36,164 bases of DNA. Origin: an uncultured Planctomycetales bacterium (GTDB lineage: Bacteria; Planctomycetota; UBA1135). The notes under the pieces were generated by a model. That model was not told the DNA's origin. It saw only the letters and a program-made list of their open reading frames with translations, and searched no databases. Below, piece after piece: positions 1 through 7,704 of this stretch; the stretch's first letter is position 1; the number at the start of each line of letters is the position of its first letter. The DNA lies in assembly GCA_964643675.1 (NCBI GenBank), contig CAZXTO010000002.1:1-36164 (forward strand). The letters are read 5' to 3'. Both the position numbers and the translations under genes were made by a program.

Positions 1-301
1 CCATCGCCTCGGCGATGCCGAAGCCGTGGCCGGCGATTCGGCGCCGCAGGGCGAGGGTGGCCTCCCAGTCGAGGAAGCCGGCGATCTCCTCGGCTGCGCC
101 CGGCACTTGCAGGCTGTGGTCGGCCTCGGCGTAGTCGGGGCGCAGCACCACGTGGGCGGCGGCGAAGGCCAGGCGGCAGGGGGGCGGCGGGCCGCCGGCC
201 GCGGCGTCGAGTTCGCCCAGCTCGGCCCGGGCGGCGGTCAGCAGGCCGTCGTCGAGCCGGAGCGATTCCTCGCCGTGCAGCGCCAGGTCGACGACCGTCA
301 T
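1..301 (-). CDS. DUF993-like protein, 5' portion only (first 100 codons; continues past the left edge)
   Basis: Not in the ORF track because it is truncated. ATG at 301..299 overlaps the TGA of the upstream transporter gene (ATGA), and the frame stays open to position 2. My hand translation is MTVVDLALHGEESLRLDDGLLTAARAELGELDAAAGGPPPPCRLAFAAAHVVLRPDYAEADHSLQVPGAAEEIAGFLDWEATLALRRRIAGHGFGIAEAM. The AFAAAHVV ... DW(E/D)ATLA.RR ... G(F/L)G(I/V)AEAM pattern matches my recollection of DUF993 proteins. This is a family-level call from memory. Confidence 0.5.
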   Translation of the reverse strand, partial: MTVVDLALHGEESLRLDDGLLTAARAELGELDAAAGGPPPPCRLAFAAAHVVLRPDYAEADHSLQVPGAAEEIAGFLDWEATLALRRRIAGHGFGIAEAM

Positions 302-1713
302 CCGAGCAGCTTGTCGAAGAAGCCCGGGCCCTTGGTGATCGCGAACCAGGCCAGGAAAACGGTGATCGTCAGCGTCGCCAGCACCATGCCGCCGTACCAG
401 GCCGAGGCCTTGCCGCCGCGCGGCAGGTCCTGGCCCAGGTAGGCCTCGCTGCGCTGCAGCTTGAGGAAACCCAGATAGGCGACCGGCAGCAGCGCGCCGC
501 ACAGGATCGTGGTCGGCACCGCGATCCAGATCGCCATGTCGCTCCAGAACACCGCGCCGAGGACGCCGGGCGTCGGCAGCAGGCAGGCGAGCTTGTACTT
601 GGCGCTGCCCACCTTCCAGCCGAACATCTCGTTGCAGGCGAAACCGGCGCACAGCATGTGCAGGGCGATGGTCGACATCGCCATGCCGAGGATGCCGAGG
701 TCGAAGATGACGCGGCCGACGGTCTCGCCGACCACCGGCGCCAGCGCGCCGGCGGCCTCCACCGGCGACAGCCTCGCGCCGCTGAAGGGCGCGTCGCCGA
801 AGTGCAGCACGTTGGCGGTGGCGATGACCATCAGGCTGGTGGCCAGCAGGTAGGGCAGGAACATGCCGGCGCCGAGGTCGAACTTGGCCAGCCGCCGGTG
901 CTCGCGGCCCCAGCCTCGCGCCAGCAGCGAGTAGGGGTAGAGGAAGATCATGTTGACCCCGACCGCCGCCGCCAGGCCGCTGATCACCACCGCCAGGCCG
1001 GAGACCCCGCCTTCCCCTTCGGGGATCTCGAAGGCGAAGTAGCCCTTCAGCAGCGCCACCGGGTCGTGGATGCCGGTCTTCAGCACCACGAAGCCGAAGC
1101 ACAGCACGATGCCGTAGACCAGGATGCGCAGGCCGTTGTCGAAGACCTTGGTCCAGCGCGCCGAGGCGCCGAAGCCGACCACCACGATCACCGCCCAGGC
1201 CAGCACCAGGAAGCCGGCGGCGGTGCGGCCGATGCCGAGGCCGGCGACCTCGCCGATGTCCTCGATCACCGCGCCGGCCAGCGAGTACTGGGCGAAGTGC
1301 CACACGATCGAGGCGATCAGCGCGCCGACCGCCCAGCCGTAGGCGAAGAAGGGGCCGGCGTAGCGCTTCATCGCCGCGAAGGGCCGCTGCCCGGTCGACA
1401 GCGTCTGGTGCGCGACCGCCGCCATCATGATCACGCCGAGCAGCATCGCCACCGGCGCCACCCACAGCAGCCGGTAGCCGAAGGCGGCGCCGGCGAACAG
1501 CGAGCTGGCCGCGGTGCCGCCGCCCAGGGTGAGGGCGGCCTGCAGGTAGCCGGGCCCGCCGCGCTTGAGGAAGGCCCACCAGCGGGTGGTGGTGTGGGCG
1601 GCGTCCATCTCGACCAGCCAGGCGCGCTCGGCCTCGAGCGCATCCGGATCGGGCGCATCGACCATCGGCAGGCCGTGGATGGCGGAGTCGTCGGAAGGGT
1701 GCTGGTCGGCCAT
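298..1713 (-). CDS. NRAMP-family (divalent metal/proton symporter-like) integral membrane transporter, 471 aa
   Basis: ORF track. The protein has about 11 hydrophobic helices. The N-terminal GPGYLQAALTLGGGTAASSLFAGAAFGY block resembles the Nramp GPG(F/W)L signature region. Substrate cannot be assigned. It sits 50 nt downstream of the sulfatase gene on the same strand. Confidence 0.75.
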   Translation of the reverse strand: MADQHPSDDSAIHGLPMVDAPDPDALEAERAWLVEMDAAHTTTRWWAFLKRGGPGYLQAALTLGGGTAASSLFAGAAFGYRLLWVAPVAMLLGVIMMAAVAHQTLSTGQRPFAAMKRYAGPFFAYGWAVGALIASIVWHFAQYSLAGAVIEDIGEVAGLGIGRTAAGFLVLAWAVIVVVGFGASARWTKVFDNGLRILVYGIVLCFGFVVLKTGIHDPVALLKGYFAFEIPEGEGGVSGLAVVISGLAAAVGVNMIFLYPYSLLARGWGREHRRLAKFDLGAGMFLPYLLATSLMVIATANVLHFGDAPFSGARLSPVEAAGALAPVVGETVGRVIFDLGILGMAMSTIALHMLCAGFACNEMFGWKVGSAKYKLACLLPTPGVLGAVFWSDMAIWIAVPTTILCGALLPVAYLGFLKLQRSEAYLGQDLPRGGKASAWYGGMVLATLTITVFLAWFAITKGPGFFDKLLG

Positions 1714-1763
1714 GGAGGGCTGGATCGGGGAGAGACGATGAACCTGGCCCGATGGGCGCCGGT

Positions 1764-3617
1764 TCAGCCGTCGAGACCGGCATCGTAGAGCTTCCCCTTG
1801 CTTGCGGTCCGGGAACCGATCCTCATCAGCTCGACCTGATAGGGGCCGACCACGCCCTGATCCGTATGGAGGTCGAAGCGGAGATCGCGGAGACCATCAC
1901 GGAGGTAGACCGGGGCCACGACCAGGCCGGGAGATCCCGGCTCGACCTCCCATGAGGTAGCGGCCCCGTGCGTGCCGGGCATGACCACCCTCTGGACCGA
2001 GCACCCGGGTAGGAAACGGATCCGGATCTTGAAGGAACCGGCTTCCTGCACGCGCACCCGCCACTGGCCCTGCGAGTCCTTCGACCAGCCCCCGCCGCTC
2101 AGCTTGCGCCAGTCCTGCCTGGTGAGCACCACCTCCGGCGCCTCTGGCGCGCCGAGCACGATCGGCGGCGGCGCCCAGTTGTCTGGACGAGTCGTCGACA
2201 CGTCGTCGAACCACTGGTCGTAGGTCGCGCGCAGGGCGTCGACGACATCCGGTCGCTCGGCGGCGAGGTCGCGTTGCTCCAGCGGGTCCGCCGCCATGTC
2301 GTAGAGCTCGAAGCTCGGCTCGACCGCCTCCACCCCGGCGGCCTGCTCCTTGCCGAAGCCCGAGGCATTCAGCAGCTTCCAGCGCTGGGTGCGGAGCAGG
2401 AAGTGGTGATAGCGCACGCCGACATCCCCGCGGTGGGCCTGGATCACCACCGCGCGGTCGTTCCACTCGCCGCAGGCCCGCTCCAGCAGCGGCATCAGGC
2501 TCACCCCGTCGAGCTCCACCCCGGCCGGCGCCGGCACGCCGCAGGCCTCGAGGATGGTCGGCATCAGGTCGATGTTGGCGGCCACCGTCCCCCCGGCGGT
2601 GCCCGGGAGCAGCCGCGCCGGCCAGCGCGCCCACAGCGGCGAGCGCACGCCCCCTTCGTACACGTGGCTCTTCATGCCGCGCCGCCCGCCGACGTGGCGC
2701 CGCGTGTTCGGGCCGTTGTCGATCAGGAACAGCACCAGGGTGTTCTCCGCCGCTCCCATGTCCTCGAGCGCTGCCAGCAGCCGCCCCACGTTCTGGTCGA
2801 CGTTCTCGATCATGGCGAAGATCCGCGCCAGCCGATCGGCGTCGAAGTCCGTCGGCAGCGGGTGGCCAGCGGCTGGCGGCGCGAAGGCGGGGGAGAGGTC
2901 GCGGCCGCGGTACTTCTCCAGCAGCTCCGCCGGTACGTCGTGGAAGGGGCCGTGCGGGGCGTTGGTCGCCAGGTAGGCGAAGAAGGGCCGGCCGGAGGGG
3001 TGCTGCTCGCGCATCCACGCCATCGCCGCGTCGAAATAGACGTCGGTGCAGTAGCCCTCGGTCTCGACCCGCTCGCCGTTGTGGAACAGCACCGGGTCGG
3101 TGTACTTGCCCTCGCCCCCCTCGGGGTCGGCCGGCTGGCCGATGCCGCCGCCGCGGTGGACCAGCGACTCCTCGAAGCCCTGGTCCATCGCTCGCATCGG
3201 GAAGCAGTCGCCCAGGTGCCACTTGCCGAAGATGCCGGTGGCCCAGCCGGCGCCGCGCAAGGCCTCGGCGACCGTCACCTCGGCCGGGTCCATCATCGCC
3301 CGCCCGACCCAGGTGTCGAAGGCGCGGGTCCGCTGCGGGTAGCGGCCGGTCATCAGCGCCGCGCGGGTCGGCGTGCACACCGGGTGCACGTAGAAGCTCT
3401 CGAGGCGGCTCGAATCCCCGGCCAGGGCGTCCAGGGAGGGCGTGTCCAGCACCGGGTTGCCGTGGAAGCCGAAGTCGCCCCAGCCCTGATCGTCGGTCAT
3501 GATCAGCACGACGTTGGGCGGGGCCTGCCCGAGGTCGGCCTCCGCCGGAGCGGCGCCGCAGGAGCAGCAGAGCAGCAAGGCCAGGCGGAGCGGGAATCGG
3601 CGGCGCGGCGCGGGCAT
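1764..3617 (-). CDS. Secreted Cys-type sulfatase (arylsulfatase A family) with C-terminal beta-rich extension, 617 aa
   Basis: There is a signal peptide (RLALLLCCSCGAAPAEA). Sulfatase signatures are present: NVVLIMTDDQGWGD, the formylglycine motif VCTPTRAALMTGRYP (C-x-P-x-R), and GKWHLG. About 150 extra C-terminal residues follow the catalytic domain. Confidence 0.9.
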   Translation of the reverse strand: MPAPRRRFPLRLALLLCCSCGAAPAEADLGQAPPNVVLIMTDDQGWGDFGFHGNPVLDTPSLDALAGDSSRLESFYVHPVCTPTRAALMTGRYPQRTRAFDTWVGRAMMDPAEVTVAEALRGAGWATGIFGKWHLGDCFPMRAMDQGFEESLVHRGGGIGQPADPEGGEGKYTDPVLFHNGERVETEGYCTDVYFDAAMAWMREQHPSGRPFFAYLATNAPHGPFHDVPAELLEKYRGRDLSPAFAPPAAGHPLPTDFDADRLARIFAMIENVDQNVGRLLAALEDMGAAENTLVLFLIDNGPNTRRHVGGRRGMKSHVYEGGVRSPLWARWPARLLPGTAGGTVAANIDLMPTILEACGVPAPAGVELDGVSLMPLLERACGEWNDRAVVIQAHRGDVGVRYHHFLLRTQRWKLLNASGFGKEQAAGVEAVEPSFELYDMAADPLEQRDLAAERPDVVDALRATYDQWFDDVSTTRPDNWAPPPIVLGAPEAPEVVLTRQDWRKLSGGGWSKDSQGQWRVRVQEAGSFKIRIRFLPGCSVQRVVMPGTHGAATSWEVEPGSPGLVVAPVYLRDGLRDLRFDLHTDQGVVGPYQVELMRIGSRTASKGKLYDAGLDG

Positions 3618-3629
3618 CGCCCGATTCTA
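3618..3629 (-). promoter_or_regulatory. -10-like TAGAAT box 6 nt upstream of the sulfatase ATG (candidate leaderless promoter)
   Basis: The minus strand reads CCTAGAAT-CGGGCG-ATG, with TAGAAT the complement of 3624..3629. There is no Shine-Dalgarno sequence and no room for a leader. Confidence 0.35.
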
Positions 3630-3760
3630 GGCCGCCTGGGCAGCCGCGGAGGCCTTCGCCCCGGTCCCTAGAAGGGCTGCGCCGGCAGCTTCAGCCAGAA
3701 GGTGGTCCCCTCGGACTCCGTCGATTCGAAGCCGACCACGCCCTTCAGGTAGCGCTCGCC

Positions 3761-4852
3761 CTACAGCTTCATGCTGTAGGTGCCGAGGCCGCGGCCGGCG
3801 CCCTTGGTCGAGAAGGAGCGCTGGAAGACCTGCGCCTGGACCCGCTCCGTCATCACCTCGGGGTTGCTCACCCAGAAGCGGACGCCGTCGTCATCGGGCG
3901 CGGCTCCGACCTCCAGCTGATCGCCGGGGAAGCTGGCCTCGAGCGCGTTCTTCAGCATGTTGGTGAGCACGCGGCCCGCCAGGGCGTCATCGGTCGTGAG
4001 CATCGGCAGCTCCGGGGAGACCTGGAGCGCGATCCTCTTGCCCTCGGTCAGCGGGTGGTAGGCGAACTGGGTGTGCAGGGCCTCGATCATCGCGGCCGGC
4101 TGCACCGGGCCGATGCGGACCTCGAGTTCGCCGCGCTCCATCTGGAGCAGGGTCTGCTGCGACTGGATCACCTCGACCACCTGATGGGAGAGCAGCCGGG
4201 CGGTGTCGTCGAGCTCCATCCGCTCGGAGGGATCGTCCTCTTCCTGCCGCAGCTCGAGGCAGGAGGCGAGGCCGCCGCTCAGGTTGAGCAGGTCGTGGAA
4301 GAAGGTCCGCTCCAGCGCCTGGCGGCGCTTCTCGTCGGCGATGTCCTGGGCCACGACGAAGCTGTAGCGCCCGTACGGCGTCTCCAGCGGGGAGGCGTGG
4401 ATCCGGAGGTCCATCGAGCCGGCGTTCCCCGCCAGGGTCACGCGGCACTCCTCGGTGGCGGCGTGCCCGCACAAGCTGGTGAGGACCGCGCGGACCGCGT
4501 CGCAATGCGAGCAGGCGGAGGCGGTGCCGCAGCCGCCGACCTCGTCCTTGGCGTGCAGGCAGCTCAGGACCTCGCCCGGCCGCTTGCCCAGCACTTCGCT
4601 CGCGTCCTCGACGCCGAGCGCACCTGCTAGGGTCTGGTTGAAGTGGACGATCTGCCGGTTCTCGTCCAGGACCAGGATCAGCTGCGGCACCGCATCCAGG
4701 ATCTCGGTCTGCAGCAGGCCATCCTTCAGGAGCTCGGCGGAGTCCAGGATCTCGGCGGGGCCGGATCGCGCTGCGGAAGCGAAGCGGGTCGGATGCTGGG
4801 AGTTCATAGGAGCGGAGGTGCGGAATGCGGTCACCGAACGGAGGGTGTCCAT
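3761..4852 (-). CDS. PAS-type sensor histidine kinase, truncated by an in-frame TAG inside the ATPase domain (homology continues to 3668)
   Basis: H-box ERTFFHDLLN, N-box VLTNMLKNALEAS, and G-box FSTKGAGRGLGTYSMKL followed by stop. The next 30 in-frame codons (3760..3671) read GERYLKGVVGFESTESEGTTFWLKLPAQPF, which is the canonical end of a HATPase_c domain, and terminate at TAG 3668..3670. The N-terminal PAS-like region carries a Cys cluster. An alternative start is MNSQ, 15 codons downstream. No response regulator lies adjacent. Confidence 0.8.
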   Translation of the reverse strand: MDTLRSVTAFRTSAPMNSQHPTRFASAARSGPAEILDSAELLKDGLLQTEILDAVPQLILVLDENRQIVHFNQTLAGALGVEDASEVLGKRPGEVLSCLHAKDEVGGCGTASACSHCDAVRAVLTSLCGHAATEECRVTLAGNAGSMDLRIHASPLETPYGRYSFVVAQDIADEKRRQALERTFFHDLLNLSGGLASCLELRQEEDDPSERMELDDTARLLSHQVVEVIQSQQTLLQMERGELEVRIGPVQPAAMIEALHTQFAYHPLTEGKRIALQVSPELPMLTTDDALAGRVLTNMLKNALEASFPGDQLEVGAAPDDDGVRFWVSNPEVMTERVQAQVFQRSFSTKGAGRGLGTYSMKL

Positions 4853-4867
4853 CCCTCGATCGGCGAA

Positions 4868-4903
4868 CCGCGGGAAGGGCTTGAGCGGTTTCCCCTCCCG
4901 CGG
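4868..4903 (-). terminator. GC-rich hairpin between the frameshifted peptidase-like gene and the kinase gene
   Basis: Arms CCGCGGGAAGGG (4868..4879) and CCCCTCCCGCGG (4892..4903) are complementary with one mismatch, around a 12-nt loop. No U-tract follows, so the terminator function is uncertain. Confidence 0.25.
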
Positions 4904-4919
4904 CGCGCGGGTCGGCGGC

Positions 4920-7674
4920 TCAGCCGACCTCGGCCAGGAAGGCGTGGAAGGCGGCCTCGAGTTCGGCGAGGTCCGGATAGCCCAGCAGCTGCCAGTCGGT
5001 CGCCTCGAGCGTGCCTTCGTAGTACCCCTTCAGGTAGGCCCGCAGGCCGTCCCGCCCGGCTTCGCCGCCGCGGTTCATGAGGAAGAAGCAGAAGGCGCCG
5101 GCTTGGTCGTAGAAGATCGAGACCTCGGAGACCAGCCGGCTCTCCAGGGTGTACTTCAGGGACACCGGGATCTCGAAGCTGCCGCTCAGCTTGTGGAAGC
5201 CCCGCTTGTCGAGGGTCAGCAGCTTCTCCAGGGGCAGGAGCTGGTCGTCCTTGAGCAGCTGCGCGGTGACGTCCACCGAGGGCACGGTCGCGTCGTCGAG
5301 CTGGAGTCGGCCGCGGCCGAGCTCGACCGCCTGGTCCTCGATGAAGCGGGCGAAGCCCTCGACGATCCAGTAGCCAGGGGTGTCGAGGCTGAACACGTCC
5401 TCCCAGCCGCAGCGTTCGTTGAAGAACTGGTGGGTGAGCTCGTGGGCGAGGACCTGGTGGAGCTCGCGCGCGCCCTCGGAATCACTGGAGGAGTGCGGCA
5501 CGTAGAAGCGGGAGATGCGCTCCTTCGGCGTGTAGTGCCCCAGGGTCCAGCGCAGGGCGCTGGTCGCGAGCGGGTCGGGGGGCGCGCCCCCCGCCTGTTC
5601 GATGATCTCGTCCTCCGCCTCGTAGCTGCCGCGATTGGGGTGGATGCGGACCTGCATCGGCCCCTCGTGCTGGGCGGTGCGCGCCTCGGGGAACAGCTCG
5701 CTGAGGATCTGGATCGTGCCCTCGCCGTTGCTCAGGCAGGGGCCGAGGTCCTGCGGCGAGACGTCGCGCGTGAGCACGAGCAGGTTCCGGGTGCGCAGGG
5801 CGAAGCTGCCCTCGTTCCAGAAGGCGTCGCGTGCCTCGCGGAATTCCGCCTCTTCCTCGGCGAGGAAGTGGGCGTCGGCGGGCAGGATCTGGCGCAGCCA
5901 GTCCGGCCAGCGGCTGACGCGATCTGCGGACTGGCGGAAGGGGAAGGAGGCCGGGGTCCACTCCTGCAGCAGGGCGAGGTCGAGGCCGCGCCCCTCGTCG
6001 ATGCCCGCGGCGTCGGCGTGGAGCAGCGTGGCGGAGCGGGTGCGGCCCAGGTTGGCGCACCAGCTCGCCGCCTGCTGGAAGCGGTCGGCGATCCGGGTGA
6101 GGCCGCGCTGCTCCTCGCGGCGCAGCCGCTCCAGTTGGGCAGCGGCGTTGGCGGCCTTGCTGGCCTCCAGGCCGGAGGCCCGGCCGGCCCAGGCGTCGTG
6201 CCGATCCTGCGGCAGGCCGGCCGCGAGGGCCTCGGCCAGCAGGCGGCGGCACTCCTCGGGCTGCTTGGCCCGGCGGTAGGCGTCGAAGCGCTGCTCGAGC
6301 TCGTCGAAGCGCTCGCCTTGCAAGGCGGCGCGGACCGCGAGGTAGAAGTCGTGCTCGGCGGGCGCCTCGCCCAGGTCGCCGCGGGCCGATAACTCCTCGA
6401 GCGCGAGCGGGCTGAGCTCCTTCAGGTGGGCGGCCGGCGCCGCCGCCAGGATGCCGCCTTCGGCCGCCTCCCAACCGCGCAGCCGGTCGGCGGTCCAGGA
6501 GAGGATCGTGCCGTCGGCGAGCGGGATCATGCGCTCCTCTTCGGGGAGCTCCGGCAGGATCCACAGGATCCGGGCGCTCTCGAGGTCGACCGCGAAGTTG
6601 CCGGCGTAGACGACCTGGCGCGCGCGCGCCACCGCGCCGGGGCGGGCGCCCCCGGGGGAGCTCCTCGTCCCCGTGGGCGTAGCGGAACCTGCCGTCGGCC
6701 GATTGCAGGATCAGGTGCCCTTCCTGATCGAAGCCGACCAGCTGGCGCCGCCAGGGCACCGGAGCCTGGTCGATGGGGGACAGCGCCATGTCGCCGCGGC
6801 CGCCCACCAGGCAGGCCGGCAGCAGCTCCTCCGACCGGTCCACTCGCAGCGGCCGCTCGCCGTTCAGGTACCAGGAGCTCTGGGCCAGCGAGCCGACCAG
6901 GTCCTTGGGGAGGTGGAAGGGGACCACCAGGGAGCGCCGGTCGTGCTTGTCGTGGGTCATCAGGCCGCCGGAATAGAGGCCGCCTTCGGGATCCCACTCC
7001 TCGGCGTCGAGTTCGGGGCGGTCGAGCAGCAGCAGGCTGAGGATGTTGCCGCCGGCCGCGCCGACGCGGCCGGAGTGAGCCGAGCCGACCAGCGGGCCGA
7101 CGATCACGGGCCGGCCCTGGCCGCCCTCGATCTTGTCGATCACCCGCGCCTCCTCCAGGTGCACGGCGGTCAGGTGGCCGGAGGATTGGAGCAGGAGCAG
7201 GTGGCCGTCGAGAGCGACCGGCGTGCGGGAGGGCAGCGCGAGCTTCTTCTTGCGCAGCAGCTTGGTCTTCTTCAGCAGGTAGGTCCGGAGCTGCTCTCCG
7301 TCGAGCACGCCGACCAGGTTGTCCCAGACCACGAGCTGGCATTCCGGGTTGCCCTTGCCGAGCTTGGTCCGCGCGACCTTCTCGCCGCTGGCGGCGTCGA
7401 GCACCACCAGGTCGTGGCGGCTCTTGTCGGCGACCACCAGGAAGATGCGGCCGCCCCAGACCACCGGCTCGGAGAGCAGCGTGCCTGGCTCGGCGCTCCA
7501 GGCCTCGACCGGTTGCCCCGCCAGCGGCTCCAGGTCGACCGCGGAGCTGGCGGCCGGTCCGCCGAGGTTCTGGTTCCAGTAGCGAGAGCCCTCGTCCTGG
7601 GGGGTGGCGAGGAGCAGAAGGGGGGAGGCAAAGAGAAGGAGGATGGACAACATGACGATACCCGTCGATCGCAT
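4920..7674 (-). pseudogene. Secreted PQQ-like beta-propeller + helical linker + MA-type (HExxH, DUF1570/Peptidase_MA_2-like) metallopeptidase domain protein, split by a 1-nt frameshift (paralog A)
   Basis: The N-terminal half is the first ~340 codons of track ORF 5482..7674 and the C-terminal half is track ORF 4920..6632. Both halves align colinearly with the intact neighbour 7705..10371. Total length is 2755 nt, i.e. 3n+1. The frames switch near a C5G5 run at 6649..6658. After the switch the upstream frame becomes R/P-rich junk. The C-terminal domain carries LAHELTHQFF ... WIVEGFARF. The conserved start is probably ATG 7653 (MLSILLLFASPLLLLA), not 7674. Confidence 0.75.
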
Positions 7675-7678
7675 TCTA
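7654..7678 (-). promoter_or_regulatory. Conserved upstream leader with CTAGAAT box (paralog A copy)
   Basis: The minus strand reads CTCTAGAAT-GCGATCGACGGGTATCGTC-ATGTTGTCC. This closely matches the region upstream of paralog B (10372..10397). Confidence 0.3.
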
Positions 7679-7704
7679 GAGGGCCTCGCCGCACCGGATC
7701 GGCC

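Noticed and set aside
3761-3763. TAG recoding (pyrrolysine or stop-codon reassignment) in the histidine kinase
   Set aside because: TAG terminates several clearly complete genes in this window (ends at 20086, 26572, 31322 and 32179, and the kinase extension itself at 3668). No pyl genes or PYLIS-like context are visible. A TTG-to-TAG point change fits the expected Leu.
5482-6628. C-terminal ~390 codons of track ORF 5482..7674
   Set aside because: After ...HGDEELP the translation turns into Arg/Pro/Gly/Ala junk. It overlaps, out of frame, the region where ORF 4920..6632 aligns residue-for-residue with paralog B. I interpret it as frameshift read-through, not real protein.
6629-6665. Programmed ribosomal frameshifting as the explanation for the split paralog
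   Set aside because: There is no slippery heptamer of the X-XXY-YYZ type. I see no downstream pseudoknot or strong hairpin and no in-frame stop at the site. A C5G5 homopolymer pair is a classic indel or assembly-error context. A mutation or a sequencing error is the simpler explanation.
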